Shown here one piece after another: positions 23,323 through 41,415 of a stretch of 64,000 bases of DNA. The translations under genes were made by a program, and so were the position numbers. How positions within the stretch are numbered: position 1 is the first letter of the stretch; each line of letters opens with the position of its first letter. The notes under the pieces were generated by a model. That model was not told where the DNA came from and made no database searches. It saw nothing but the letters and a program-made list of their open reading frames with translations. The stretch is from Octopus vulgaris (lineage: Eukaryota): positions 26,536,001-26,600,000 of the forward strand of contig OX597827.1 of assembly GCA_951406725.2 (NCBI GenBank), given 5' to 3'.

Positions 23323-25019
23323 GTTAAGTTAAGTTAATTTTTGGGCTCAAAAAGCAAAAAGCAAGGTCAGGGGGACATGGAGTTATGTACAGGGTGGTGT
23401 TCATGCAAAATAGTTCAGGCCATTTCTGGTCAAGGGAGACTTTGAACCGAGCGGTCGTCGGCATCTTCACTATCTCGTCCGGCATCTTATTCCACGGATC
23501 CGCAACCCGGACGGAGAAAACCCCTCTCCTTCGATTGAGATGAAATCGTCGCAGATAGAGCTTTTCGGAGTGACCCGCAGCCGACACTCTTTCGAGACCC
23601 GCAGCTCTTTCGAGAGGTTACACTTTCCGCTTATGATGTTGTGAGCAAGAATGAGATGACCACAGCGTCGTCGTTTTTCTAGAGAATAAAGATCGAGCGT
23701 CTTCAGCCTTTCTTCATAAGACAAATGCTTGAGACCAAGAACCATGCGGGTAGCCAGCTTCTGGACTCTTTCAAGATGATGTATGTCTTTGAGGAGATAA
23801 GGAGAAGAGGCTTGAATCCCGTACTCCAATATGGGTCTCACCAGCGTGACATAGAGCGGTAGGAATATGGCTGCTGTGAGCATACCGAATGATCCTCGAA
23901 TCAAAATCAGAACTCCGTGTGCTTTGTTGGCAGCATGGACCCACTGAGCCGAAGGTGAAAAGGAAGAATCCACCAAGATACCCAGGTCCTTTACCTAGTC
24001 GGTCCTCTCCAGCAGCAGACGACCCGGCTCGAAATCAAGTTGAGTTGCAGGAGAAGAGCCAACAGGCAGATGACAGCACTTTGACACGTTCAGACACAGG
24101 TCCCATTCATTAGACCATCTCCAAACTTGGTGGAGGCATCGACGAAGATCATCTATATCACTGCGAGGAGCGAGCAGTTTGATATCATCGGCAAATAGAC
24201 GGGTTTGTTGCGTGAGGTCGTCAGGCAAGTCATTTCTGAAGACTAAAAACAATAAGGGCCCAAGCACTGAACCTTGAGGCACGCCACTGCTCGCACTGGA
24301 GACGTCGGACAGTGAACCATTAACTTGGACTTGGAAGGAGCGATCTGAGAGGAAGGCAGCAACCCATCGTACAATATCCGGAGGGAAACTATATGCTTGA
24401 AGCTTGACAAGTAATACGCGGTGGTTTATCGAGTCAAAAGCTTTGACAAAGTCCAATAAAACGATGTCAACAGCATCACCATCATCGAGGATACGCGTCA
24501 CCAATTCTTCCATTACCAGTAAGTTGGTCAAGCATGATCTCTTCGGCATGAAGCCGTGTTGGGAATCAGAGATAGAGGCTGTATTTTGGATGTGGAGCAA
24601 CATACCTTTCTTAAGGATGGTTTCGAACATCTTGCTGATTATTGAAGTAAGGGAAACCGGTCGGCAGTTAAGCGGGTCTTCGCGGCTCCCTTTCTTGAAA
24701 ATTGGGCAGATTATCGCTGTTCTCCAGTTCGCAGGTATAAAACCCGTCGCCAATGACATATTGAATAGAAGTGTTAAAGGTTCGCAGATGACCGGAGCCA
24801 ACGCTTTGATAACCTGTGGGTGTATGCCGTCATGGCCGTGACCCTTGTTGACATCGAGGTCTTGAATAACGCGCTCGACTTCGTCCCGGGTGATGACCAA
24901 TCTAGGCATTGGAGGTACCGATCTATCAAATGGAGGGGGTTAACGATCATCATCTTGTTTGAAAATAGTTGAAAAAGCCTCGGCAAATAACTGACCCTGT
25001 TGATAAGGGTCCTCAATCG
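23323..25019 (-). mobile_element. 5'-truncated CR1-type LINE (ORF2 RT region, frameshifted)
   Basis: Motifs PIFKKG..NCRPVSLTS, QHGF..RSCLTNL, KAFDSINH, SGVPQGSVLGPLLF, LFADD, LYVTLVRPILEY, LERVQK and SLEKRR. It has a (TTAAC)n tail and the TSD atactcttaa at 23313-23322 and 25020-25029. Confidence 0.9.
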
Positions 25020-25207
25020 ATACTCTTAATTCATCTTCAGCGACCCCAGAGCTATAGAGTTGATTCAGTTCAACCAATGTATGCGATGACCGTTTTTAAT
25101 GCCGGAGCAAATTGAAAAAGCGTGGTCGAAGGAAATAAAATTCATTTAAATATATATGAGGATATTATTTTGTGTTTAAGGGAAAACTTGTGGTTTGGTC
25201 ATTTTGA

Positions 25208-25246
<39 letters not shown>

Positions 25247-25278
25247 TGTATTTAGGAATGGTCATTTTGCCAGTTTAG

Positions 25279-25332
<54 letters not shown>

Positions 25333-25341
25333 ATTTAATCG

Positions 25342-25722
25342 TTTACTTGTTTCAGTCATTTGACTGTGGCCATGCTGTAGCACCGCCTTTAGTCGAGCAA
25401 ATCGACCCAAGGACTTATTCTTTGGAAGTCTAGTACTTATTCTATCGGTCACTTTTACCGAACTGCTAAGTTACGGGGACGTAAACACGCCAGCATCGGT
25501 TCTCAAGCGATGTTGGGGGGACAAACACAGACACACAAACATACACACACACAGACACATACATATATACGACGGGCTTCTTTCAGTTTCTACTGACAAG
25601 GATTTGGTCGGCCGGAGGCTATAGTAGAAGACACTTGCCCAAGGTGTCACGCAGTGGGACTGAACCCGGAACCATGTGGTTGGTAAGCAAGCCACTTACC
25701 ACATTGACACTCCTACGCACAT
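25342..25722 (-). mobile_element. SINE family C, full length
   Basis: tRNA head, core, internal (TG)n and a 3' part ending gtcaaatgactgaaacaagtaaa. Matches 31325-31680 and 56535-56985. Confidence 0.85.
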
Positions 25723-25768
25723 AGCCATATCCTACTGATATATTTTTATGTGTGTACACACACACACG

Positions 25769-25844
<76 letters not shown>

Positions 25845-26046
25845 ATTAATTAATTAATAATGACACAAACAGTATTAACACCGAATGGTACGTAATATTT
25901 ACTTCCGTTTAAAAATGAAAGTTTTGTTAAAATACGAGTACTGCGTTATTTATCATGAGAGAACCTTTCTATATGGACTTTTGGTGCATATAGGCACTCG
26001 TCTTTACATCGCTAGCGGCAGAAAATAATCCGCTAACACTGCCGGA

Positions 26047-26122
<76 letters not shown>

Positions 26123-27232
26123 TGGGTGAGCGTCCTTGATAAGAATGTTATTGCTTTGTTAAGATATTTATCAGTGCAGTAACATATTTGACGCTGGGTT
26201 CTTTACTTTTGAAAACTATCTTTCCGTATAATACTATGAGTTAGGGGACAAGATCATGTGACCAGCGAGAGAACAAGAGCATTGGTTAATGTGACATCAG
26301 TTAATAACTCTATGGGATTATCGTGATGAAAATATTACCGGGCGTATCTACGGATGTGATGGATGTCTTGTTGAAGGAAGAAGCCGGTTGGACGGCAGGT
26401 GGCAGAAAAGTAAGGGGCCATGGGTAAGAAATATGAAGGAGAACGATGCTGCAGAACGTGGATGATGGATATTGTGAAGAGTAGAAAAGAAAATTAACAC
26501 AAAATTAGTGTTTGGTGAATATTTGTCGAAATGCTATGCACCTCATAGGTGAGAAACGATTGTGTGTGTGTGTGTGTGTGGTGGGAGAGTGGAGAGGTGG
26601 AAAGATAGAGAAGGTAGGAGGATGACAAATGACACCACATAGATACACATGGATGACACTGCATAGATACAAGCATGTCGCTAAGCGAGACGGGTATTTA
26701 TTACGATATAACACATATATTTGTGAACAATAGCATAGTCAGACATTGGAATGATGAAGTAAAGTCGAACAGATCTGTCTATGCTTCACTGCAAGTCAGA
26801 GGAAGAAGAGTGGCAGGAAACACTGAGGTACTCAACACTTGAAAAATTGGATTCTATTGTCTGAGATAATTGCAATTTCTGCTTCCGAAAGATTGTTTCA
26901 TAAATCTGGCGGTTGAATGCGGAAATCTTCTATCTATATTTAATGTTGTTCATAAGAAAATTTGTGAATGAATATGCAGCTATGAAAGTAGTCGACGTTA
27001 TACAGGAATGACCTTCTATGAAATTTGATGGAGGGTTGTATAAGACAACTTTGAGTCTTGATAGTTTATAGTTTGTCTACGCTATTGTTGCAGCAACATA
27101 TTTCTTATTATATAAACTTGTGATGGCTCTTTGATTTGTGCCAACGAGAGAACCTCTAAACAATCACTTGACCGGCTAAAATAGCTGCTAAATTTCTCTC
27201 AAAATACATACATCAGAAAGATGAACAACTCG

Positions 27233-27832
27233 TGGCAAGCTGGCAGAATCGTTCGCACGCCGGGTGAAATGCTTAGCGGTATTTCGTCTGCCGTTACGTT
27301 GTGAGTTCAAATTCCGCCTAGGTCGACTTTGCCTTTCATCCTTTCGGGGTCGATAAATTAAGTACCAGTTACGCACTGGGGTCGATGTAATCGACATAAT
27401 ACCTATGTCTGTCCTTGTTTGTCCCCTCTATGTTTAGCCCCTTGTGGGTAATAAAGAAATAGGTATTTCGTCTGCCGTTACGTTGTGAGTTCAAATTCTG
27501 CCGAGGTCGACTTTGCCTTACATCCTTTGTAGGTCGATAAATTAAGTACCAGTTACGCACTGGGGTCGATGTAATCGACTTAATACCTATGTCTGTCCTT
27601 GTTTGTCCACTCTATGTTTAGCCCCTTGTGGGGAGTAAAGAAATAGGTATTTCGTCTGCTGTTAAGTTCTCAGTTCAAATTCTGCCGAGGTCAACTTTGC
27701 CTTTCATCCTTTCAGGGTCGATAAAAAAAATACCAGTTACTCACTGGGATCGATGTAATCAATTTAATCCCTTTGTTCGTCCTTGTTTTTCCCCTCTATG
27801 TTTAACCCCCTTTGGGCAATAAAGAAATAAAT
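27233..27832 (+). mobile_element. SINE family A variant: one head followed by three tandem 184-bp bodies
   Basis: Units start at 27278, 27462 and 27646, each beginning ggtatttcgtctg and ending aaagaaata. Confidence 0.85.
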
Positions 27833-27864
27833 ATAGTTCTAGTGACATCTTATTTTTAAAAATT

Positions 27865-28068
27865 TCTTTATTGCCTAAAGGGAGTTAAACACAGAAGGGT
27901 CAAAGGGATTAAGTCGATTACATCGACCTTTGTGCGTAACTGGTACTTATTTAATAGGATGAAAGGATCAAAGGCAAAGTCGACCTCGGCGGAATTTGAA
28001 CTCAGAACGTAGCGGCAGACGAAATACCGCCAGGCATTTCGCCCGGCGTGCTAAAGTTTCTGCCAGTG
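27865..28068 (-). mobile_element. SINE family A copy, tail-to-tail with the triplicated copy
   Basis: Reverse complement of the family A sequence, starting about 30 bp after 27832. Confidence 0.85.
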
Positions 28069-29277
28069 TGACACCATATGTTTAAAAAAGAAATGAGAGC
28101 GATAAACAGTGTAGGGGCAAGTTTAATCAGCTTTTATTTAGGTTTGTATAATCTGCTCAGATCTTCAACGAGACAACAGCAATAACAATGACAACTGCTG
28201 ATTCTCTGAAATATTCAACGACGGCAAATTTCTTTCCAATTGAATTAAGATTGTTGAGGATAAGATATAAATGTTTATCTAAAACACACTGGGATTCTGT
28301 CTAACACTCAATACGGTACCTCTTGCTATAACGGCATCGACCTGTGTCATTTAATTAGACACTTAACCTCAGGAAACCGCCAGTATCACTTCTGTTTGTA
28401 TCCCAGTTTATCTGCAACAATTTACGGAGATCTCTAGAAAATATTTCTACATACCTTTCGCTAGATTGTAGGAAATGGTAACACCAAGATTGCTAAGCTA
28501 TTGTTTGGAATCAGCTTGCAGTTCAATATATCATGGAATTCCTAAATTTGATCAATCTATATTTCTCACTCTCCGATGACTGGTATGTCATTCCTTTAAG
28601 CATTTTTGAGATTTCCATTTTGATAGGGTGCCTGCTCAATATAGTTCCTGGTGGACCGGTTTTGTCTGATGAGTCAGTTCTTTTAAATAATGTGACGTAA
28701 TGAGCATAATGGTACAGTTAATTTTCTCAAATATGGAAGATTAATGAGGATTAATGAGGAGGCCGGTCGTACTGTGCATTGTTAATACCTTACATTGTCT
28801 GCTGCACGTGAATCTGTCCTTGAGTTTATGCCATACAATTTCTTATGGATTGCCGACTCCATAGATACTTTGACGTGAAAGTGAGTAAAGATTCTGTGAT
28901 ATACTTTGAAAAGGTTGCTGAAAATTCCTCTTATGTGTTGGTGATATCTATCGCTAGTTTGGTCAGATAGTGTCACTTCAGTTACAGCTTCACTTATTCT
29001 AAAGGGCGTTCGATACAATCACATAATGTCCAGCCCTGTCTTCAGTGAGAACGCTAAAGTCACACATTGGTCACTAAACTCATTTGTGTAAAGGGATTTG
29101 TTGAGAGCCGATGATACAGATGAAGATGATGATGATGATGATGATGATGATGAGATGGAGGGGGATAAGGAGAAGGAATGAGAAGAGGAGAAGGAATGGG
29201 AGGTAGAGGAGAAGGAAGGGGAGGTGGAAGGACGAACTGAATGATGATGATGGCGACAATTATGGTGATGATGATAT

Positions 29278-29322
<45 letters not shown>

Positions 29323-31101
29323 CGACGACGACGATGATGATGAGGGATAATGGGAGACATTCAAAGTATGACTTTTCAGTCTTAAACTACATCGATTAAT
29401 ACATTCTCTACGTTTAAAGCAGCAAGGTTATTTTTCAGAGACACTCGGTTGTTATTTCCAGCATTTTGAATAACGGCATAAAGCTTTGTCTGTCTGTATC
29501 TCTTTCTCTTTCTCTCTCACTCACTCACTCACTCACTCACTCACTCACACGCTCACTCACACATTAACATCTAACAAATATTCAGTACGGTTGGGGGAAA
29601 CCGACTGAACTGAACCCTATGTATGACAGGTATTTATTTTATCCAGATTCCAACAAAATGAAAAAATGCCGGTTAAGATAGACGAGACATGTCCAAGACA
29701 TTGTTTCATTTGATAGCATTACAGTTAGAATAATTGGGAACAGAAAAGGTGAACGAACGAATCGTTTAGCAAGAAAATGGCTGTATTATCTTTCAGTGTC
29801 GGCAGGGGGAGCATCGAAAGTGTTATTTTGAGAAATCCCTATGGTACATCTTGTTCTAATGACATCAACCTCTATCATTTAATTAAACATTCCTCGCTTG
29901 AGGAAGACACATGGTCATCTCGAAGATTTGTCTCAGCGTTGGAGATAATAGATAATAAGTGGTGTCTCGCGAGACAAAAATATTTTCTTAGTATTTCCAA
30001 AAATGACTTGTATGTAATTACATAGTAAAACAACGTTTAAGAAAGAGAGGCAGCAGCGAATATTTCAGCGTGTCTCCCGAGATAAGATATGGCACAGAGC
30101 TTTAGTAATTCGCCTGCATGAGTGTATATAATGTATTTGTACGTGGCTGAGTGAGTATCCATGCAACTGTGAGTGCGTTTCTGAGTGTGTATAGCGGTGA
30201 TGGTGGAGGACAAAGATTTATGCTGACAATGAAACTAAACAAAGAACAGAATATATGAAAACAAGTTAGTGGGGACAGCAGCATTGCCTGCCCCTAACTT
30301 GAGTAAATTAACAACATTCTACTTCATAATATCAACTCTAATGGCCGTTTATTGGTTAAGAAAACACATTAGGCTGTTTGAGGGTGCAAAAGGATGTTCG
30401 GCAGTTCTGAAGCGAAGTGAGAAAATACTTTGATGATATTGTATCGTCGTCTAAAAATGTTCGCCCACCTCCAACCATACATTCTCCAGCTCCTCCCCCA
30501 CTTCTTCCTCCTTCAGGGACTTCTTACGAGGAAGAAGCCATATCTTTGTTTACAAAAGTACAAAACCATCTTTCAACTTTTGTATTGTCTTCTTCGTTCT
30601 TTATTTCGTTCATTCCTTTATCCTTCCAATCCTTCATTCCACTTTCAATGCAGGAATCTGGAATCGTATTAGCTTCTTGCTAATATAGGCAGATAAACAG
30701 ATTCCAAAATGGCGGCAATCTTGCGTTTTCTTCACTACTCCAGCACGAACAACACACGCATAAATACACACACAAATATATTCGCATATACATATATGCA
30801 TAATCACTCAAACACACACAAATACACATATATATGCATGTGTATATACATGCATATGTATACACACGCACATATATGTGTATATATATACATATATATA
30901 TATGCATGCTCTCTGTATGTGTGTATGTGTACGTGTGCGCACACAGACGTTTTCTTGGTTAGCTTGCCATTCCGGTTTGATTTCATTATCATAAATATAT
31001 AAATGCATGTACGAATATGTATAATACACACACGCACAGCACTTGTCTGTCTATATAGATGTCCATGTAGGTATATGTTTATATATACATACATATACAT
31101 G

Positions 31102-31182
<81 letters not shown>

Positions 31183-31264
31183 GTTAATATATATATATCG
31201 AGAGAGAGAGATTTATATATACATACATATAGATGCATATCTCTCTCTCTCTCTCTCTCTCTCT

Positions 31265-31302
<38 letters not shown>

Positions 31303-31324
31303 TACACAGAGATATATATTCTTT

Positions 31325-31680
31325 TCTTCCTTCACATGTTTCAATCATTTTACTGCGGCCGTGCAGGGCACCGCCTTTGAATCGACCCCAGGACTTATTC
31401 TTTGAAAGTCTAATACTTATTCTATTGGTAATTTTTTCCGAACCACTAGGTTACGGCGGTTTGGGGGTGACAAACACAGACACACAAACATAGACATATA
31501 TATATGTGTGTATATACGACGGGCTTCTTTCAGTTTCCGTCTAACAAATCCACTCACAAGGTTTTGGTCGGTTCGAGGCTATAGAAGAAGACACTTGCTC
31601 ATGGTGCCACGCAGTGAGACTGAACCCAGAACTATGTGGTTGGGAAGCAAGCTACTTACCACACAACCACTCCTGCGCCA
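31325..31680 (-). mobile_element. SINE family C copy
   Basis: Matches 25342-25722. Confidence 0.8.
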
Positions 31681-31697
31681 ACACACACACATGAATG

Positions 31698-31740
<43 letters not shown>

Positions 31741-32328
31741 TATGTGTATATATATATATATATGTATATACATATATACATATATATATATATATGTTTT
31801 GTGTGTATATATATATATAGAGAGAGATATAGATAGATATAGATATACACACATTCATACATTCCTACATAATTACACACAGAGGATGGAAACAGACAGG
31901 CAGAGATAACGAGAAAAATATTACTTTTATAGGCATATGAATCTCTGTTTAAAAACATACATGGGTTATGACGGTTTTTGAGTGCATATGAATTTAACAC
32001 GTGTTTATTTACCCGACATGTCGCACTGTGTCCAGGAGCGAAACCGGGTGGTTTATATATGAATACTATGTTAGCAGATACGAGCTATTAACTACATTTA
32101 TTGTCTCAGCATATAAGTAACACATGGTTTAATTGCTCGTAAAGCCTTGCAAATATCATCCTGTGTCTTCCCGTTTTGTCATACAAGTATTTGTTGTCTA
32201 ATCTGGATATTCTGTTTTTCTATGTTGAACCATGCCTTGAAAATGTGCCGAATTTTCCAGGCAATTAACAGCTTTCAGTTTATTGTATGTGTGTTCATTG
32301 CCGAATGCTTCTACTTTGGGGTGGAACA

Positions 32329-32386
<58 letters not shown>

Positions 32387-32388
32387 GC

Positions 32389-32457
<69 letters not shown>

Positions 32458-32459
32458 GC

Positions 32460-33351
32460 AACAGCAAGCCAAAACACGCGAGACAACGATGGCAAAAAAA
32501 ACCCCTTCATGGCAAATACTGGACTAAATTAAATGCAAAAGAAATAGACAAAGAAAAATCCCAGCAGTGGTTGAGAAGCTCAGGACTCAAAGCAGAGACA
32601 GAGGGATTTTTAATTGCAGCACAAGACCAAAACCTCCCTACCAGAAATTACCAAAAACATGTAATGAAAAGAAATATAACAAGTTACTGCAGAATATGTG
32701 GAGATGGACAAGAAACAATAAATCATATTATCTCTGGCTGCCCAGTCCTGGCTAAGAAGGAATATATTTACCGACACCACAGAGTTGGGACCTACATACA
32801 CTGGAAGCTATGCCAACATTACGGAATAACAACACAAAAAAGATGGCATAGACACACACCAGAAAAGGTCACAGAAAACGAGAAAGCAACCATACTGTGG
32901 GATATGCCAATACAAACAGATAGAGAAATTAAGACCAACAGGCCAAATATAGTTGTCAGAGATCATGAAAAAAAAATGCTTTCTAATTTATGTATCAATA
33001 CCAGCAGATTACAACGTGTATCTAAGAGAAATGGAGAAACTTTCAAAATACAAAGACCTGGAAATAGAGGTAACCAGAATGTGGAATCTAAAAACAGAAA
33101 TAATTCCTATCATAGTAGGTGCATTAGGCATGATAAAAAATATTCAGACAAATACATAACAAAAACACCAGGACTTACAAACACATATAACATACAGAAA
33201 ATTGCACTACTAGGCACTGCACACATCCTCCGCAGAACACTTTCAATACAGTAACCATCAAAGCATCACAACAAATCACAGCACATACCCAAGGCACACA
33301 GAGCTGCGCTCGGTAGTGAAGTGAAAGCACGGTATAATGATAAAACTACTG
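32460..33351 (+). mobile_element. R4/Dong-like LINE family A, copy 1 (3' part: CCHC + RLE + 3' UTR)
   Basis: LHGKY..WLRSSGLKAETEGFLIAAQDQ..CRICG..ETINHIISGC..ILWDMPIQTD..NRPNIV..PIIVGALG..QKIALLGTAHILRRTL. Flanked by (AAT)n on both sides. Confidence 0.9.
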
Positions 33352-33397
33352 AATGATGATAATAATAATAATGATAATAATAATAATAATAATAATG

Positions 33398-36966
<3,569 letters not shown>

Positions 36967-36975
36967 TATAATAAT

Positions 36976-37398
36976 AAAACACTGAAACAGTAAAACACAA
37001 AGACAAACGTAGCATTCCCAACAAACACGATGTAAACGAAAAACAACAAACCCAGACCGTAAGGATGCATAATAATACACGACAAACAGCAAGCCAAAAC
37101 ACGACAAACAAACATATAAATAAGAAAGAAAGCGACACAAATCTAAAACCTGGAAACAACGAAGGGGAGGCTAATGTTTATGATAATATAAAAAGTAAAA
37201 TAACATAACAAAAACACCAGGACTTACAAACACATATAACATATAGAAAATTGCACTACTAGGCACTGCACACATCCTACACAGAACTCTTTCCATACAA
37301 TAACCATCAGAGCATCACAACAAATCACAGCACATACCTAAGGCACACAGAGCTGCGCTCGGTAGTGAAGTGAAAGCACGCTATAAAAATAAAACTAA

Positions 37399-37400
<2 letters not shown>
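36976..37400 (+). mobile_element. R4/Dong-like family A, copy 3: internally deleted (about 225 bp of 5' sequence fused to about 200 bp of 3' end)
   Basis: 36976-37203 matches 33497-33690, and 37204-37400 matches 36644-36840. An (AAT)n tract follows. Confidence 0.9.
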
Positions 37401-37487
<87 letters not shown>

Positions 37488-37495
37488 AACAACAA

Positions 37496-37990
37496 ATGTC
37501 CTGATGCAGTACCAGGCAGTGGCTCTCATGGCTTGTGATTTTAACTGATTGGAAGTGTTATCATGTACATTATTTTGTCTTGGTATAAAAGATGCGCCAC
37601 AGCAAATATTCCGCTCAATACCACCGATTTACTTGTCAGTTGTTTGACCATTACCAGTTGACCATGTCCCTTAGTGGCTGATGATATGTGCATCTCTGAT
37701 CACGAGTAAAAGTAGTAGGGGAGCATCACAGACATGTGTTGAGAGGAATTATTTTGTGGTTTGGATACTTTATCGTTGCAAACATGGGTGGTTCGTTCAA
37801 CATAGGCCCCACCTGCAAAGTCATGCACTGTTTCTCTTTATATGAGATCACCATGTCGCGCAGATATGGTTGTGATAACAGTGCCTGGTGTACCCTTATC
37901 AGGCTGGTAGTCAGGATGAGTATACTGGGCTTCGTATATTTACCCCAGGGTCACTTTGATGGCATACACTGCTCTCTCACCCAATAATAA
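37496..37990. mobile_element. Unclassified interspersed repeat bounded by (AAT)n
   Basis: A segment richer in GC that starts right after (AAT)n and ends ctctctcacccaataataat. Recalled as a common octopus repeat; not verified. Confidence 0.35.
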
Positions 37991-39077
37991 TCCTATCGGT
38001 ACAAGGTCTGAGATTTTGGCCTAGTCGAGTACATCGATCCCTGTGCGTAACTGGTACTTATTTCATCAACGCCGAAAGGATGAGAAGCAAAGTCAGCCTC
38101 GACGGAATTCGAACACAGATCGTATAGCCGGACGAAATGCCTCCAAGCATTTTCTCCGGTGGAAACTAATAAAATAGACGAGATATCACGGCATGTCACT
38201 GTAAATTAGACATTTCTTGTTGTGCAGGAAGTCACATCGTCTTGTATAAACCGTACCATTCGAGTATTAATGTTACATCCGTTTAGTTCTGGCGAAATTA
38301 ATTTGCGCAACACGATCCGATCATATTATTATATGTACACGCTCGGGGCTACCACACTAAAATGTGCTGCTCAGCACCGACCTATTACGAGTCCTGGCTT
38401 CCTTTTTTTCGACCAATAGCGAAAGTTTTGCTTATACACTCACGCAAAGTGATAAGATGTTGGCTTCGCAAACACTTCTTGAGAAAGCATAAATCTGAGA
38501 TGGATAAAAATTTGAATGAACGTGCAATATCTTACACAAACAACGATCTGAAGTTTAGAATGTTTCGATAAAGAAACATCATTCATTTAATCAATCAATA
38601 AATGAATACATACCTACGTATGCATGTATGTATAGTATACAGTCACATATATGTGCATGTATGTATATATTGCTCTGTATTTATCAACGTATAATTTATA
38701 AGTTATAAGAGAATTTTCAGATTTAGCGGCAGTTTATGTATCAAAATGTAACATGCAAAAAATATTAAACCGATGCAAAATTTTATAGAGATCGTTAATT
38801 TAGGATAGTTATATACATTGTGTATGCGTGGGAAATCTCCAAATTGCCAGTTCCTGGTGAAATCATGTTTATATTTTATATTAAATTATATTAAGCTTTG
38901 ATAAATTCCATATCCATAAAATATTAACCTTCTTATGTAAAGGTCAGCATATTTCGTTCACCAATTAAATACAATTCGATTATAAATAAATATTCATGAA
39001 ACACAACACAAATAATTCACATGTATTTCATATTAACCGTAACATACATATATATATGTATATATATATATATATAA

Positions 39078-39125
<48 letters not shown>

Positions 39126-39386
39126 GCAGAGGAATATAAAGATAGATAAAATGTATACCTGTATAGAAATGTATATGCACATATGTATGTATGCGTGTGT
39201 GTGTATACACAACCACGATTTATATGCTTATATATTTAATGGTCATCAACAGGCGTACATTCACTTTGCTCGCATAATTATGCAGCAGTCTCTCTCTTTT
39301 TTCTCCTTTCTTTGTGTGTGTTTATGCATGCATTAATACATCTATATACAGAGTGAGAGATAGACAGAATGTTAATAAGTGTGTAG

Positions 39387-39418
<32 letters not shown>

Positions 39419-41059
39419 AGGCGTCAATCATCATTTGGTGTATAATTTGAATTATGTCCTCATAATGAGTAATTTCTATTTAATTATCAACCTGTTTATT
39501 AATTTTCTAATTAACCTGTTTATAGTGTGCGCTCAACTTTCTGTGTCATTCAAACTTTAACACCGAACCGACCATCTTGATGCAGTCGGCGAGCCTTCAC
39601 TGTTGTTCTCCACATGACGACGACGACCACCACCACAACTACCACCACCACCACCACCACCACACCACCACCACCACCACCACCACCACCACCACCACCA
39701 CCACTTACCATTAGTAACTTCCTATTTCGATATGTGTGTGCGTATATGTATTTTTGCGTGGGTGTATTTGTGTGACTGTGTGTGTGTGTGTGATTTTAAC
39801 GAAGACACGAGAAAGGTTCTGTTCTAAACTTTGTAAGCCACCATCTTCTGGTCTCATCGAAGATTTTATTAAGCATGAAGGAATGTGGATTTTGACCATT
39901 GCAGACCCCGCCCTATATGATGTTGTTAATCAGAACGAAACATGAGAATATGCTCGAGGTCTACGCCCCACCCCACGCTTTGCAAAACAAGTCAAATTGA
40001 TTATCTCAACAAAGGAGTCAAAACTGTATCCTTGACCTCCACAAGTCCTCGGTAACAGGTAATATCGATACGGCGATGTTTAATTTCAACACAAGCAGCT
40101 CTGTACAGAATATTGCAGGTGGAAGATATTAGCTAAGATGCCGTTTATGTGATCATTCGGCCTGCTAGAAATAACAGTCAAAACTCCTTCACATCTCATC
40201 TTCATTTCTGCTTTGTGCTACACTAGACATCGATCCACCATTGAGAAGTTCCAGTAAGGCACCAAGGGTTTCTATGAAATGGCGTTGTATTAACTGTTCG
40301 GTGACCCTTTCCCTATTTCCTGAGAAAGGAAAGTTCTGAGCGGTTTTCCACAGAGTAACGCAGTGGATTCTAAGATTAAGAAAGAGAGAAAAATGAGACA
40401 GACAGTGGGAGAGAGAGAGGGGGAAAAGAAGAACTGACTCAAGTTTAGTTATTGACCAAGGAGAGTCATAAAAAAACTTGGCTTCGGCAACATTATAAAT
40501 CAGCGCGCGGTAACCGGAACAAACGTCACATAACGTTTCTACTGGACACGATAACGCCTCTGACATTTCGCCCACTTCAAGTTATACCTTACAATATTAA
40601 AAGTACGGGAAACGAAAGAGAAGCAAAACTGCTAGATATAGCAGCCAGTTGGCTTCAACTCACATCGTGCAGATGGCAGGAAGGTGTATCTTTAATGAGA
40701 TTTAGCTGCGATTTCTAGCACAAAGAGTGACCGCATAAGGGTGCTGTTGGCATTTCAATAGTCAGGTAATCTAATCGAAATTATGTCTATTCTTATTTAT
40801 TACAAAACGGATTATTTTCATATTTATAATTCCATGTTCTGGTGTTGATGGTGGTGGCGGTAGCGTGTGGTAAATCTGATATTTTGTTTCCATTACACTT
40901 GAATAATGACAATCTAACCAACGGTGCAAGGTAGTAGCACTGTCTTGGTAACATCTGAACTAAAAATTCTTTAATTCACGTGCTCTGAAGAAGCTTTATT
41001 CCTGTTGTTAAACACGACGAAGCACTAAGGGATTGCAAATTGATTTAGAAAGGACCCTT

Positions 41060-41415
41060 TTCTGTAGATAAACGATAATAACTGGCAATCCGTATGTTAC
41101 GACGACGAGGGTTTCATTTGATTTGGTCACTGGAACAGGCTGCTCGTAAAATTAAGTTGAAGCAAGTGGCTGAGCACTCCACAGACACGCGTACCCTTAA
41201 CGTAACTCTCGGGGAGATTCAGCGTAACACAGAAAGCGAGAAGGCTGGACCCTTTCGAATTAACAGGTACAACTCATTTTCGCCAGTTTAGTGGACTGGA
41301 GTGACGTAAAATAAAGTGTCGTGCCCAAAGAGACAAAGTACCGCCAGGAATGGAACTCACGACCTGTAGGGTCCTGCACCGAATACATTAACCATTAAGC
41401 CAAGTGCCTTCACTA
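41060..41415 (-). mobile_element. tRNA-derived SINE family D
   Basis: Head gaaggcacttggcttaatggttaa...gtgagttcc. The body is shared with 55803-56070 and 57020-57265. Confidence 0.65.

Noticed and set aside
27278-27830. Regular repeats resembling a CRISPR array
   Set aside because: These are whole 184-bp SINE bodies with no unique spacers, in a eukaryotic context with no cas genes.
28250-29020. Possible Tc1-like transposase remnant (VLSDES-like patch)
   Set aside because: The motif is too short and lacks a consistent frame or TIRs.
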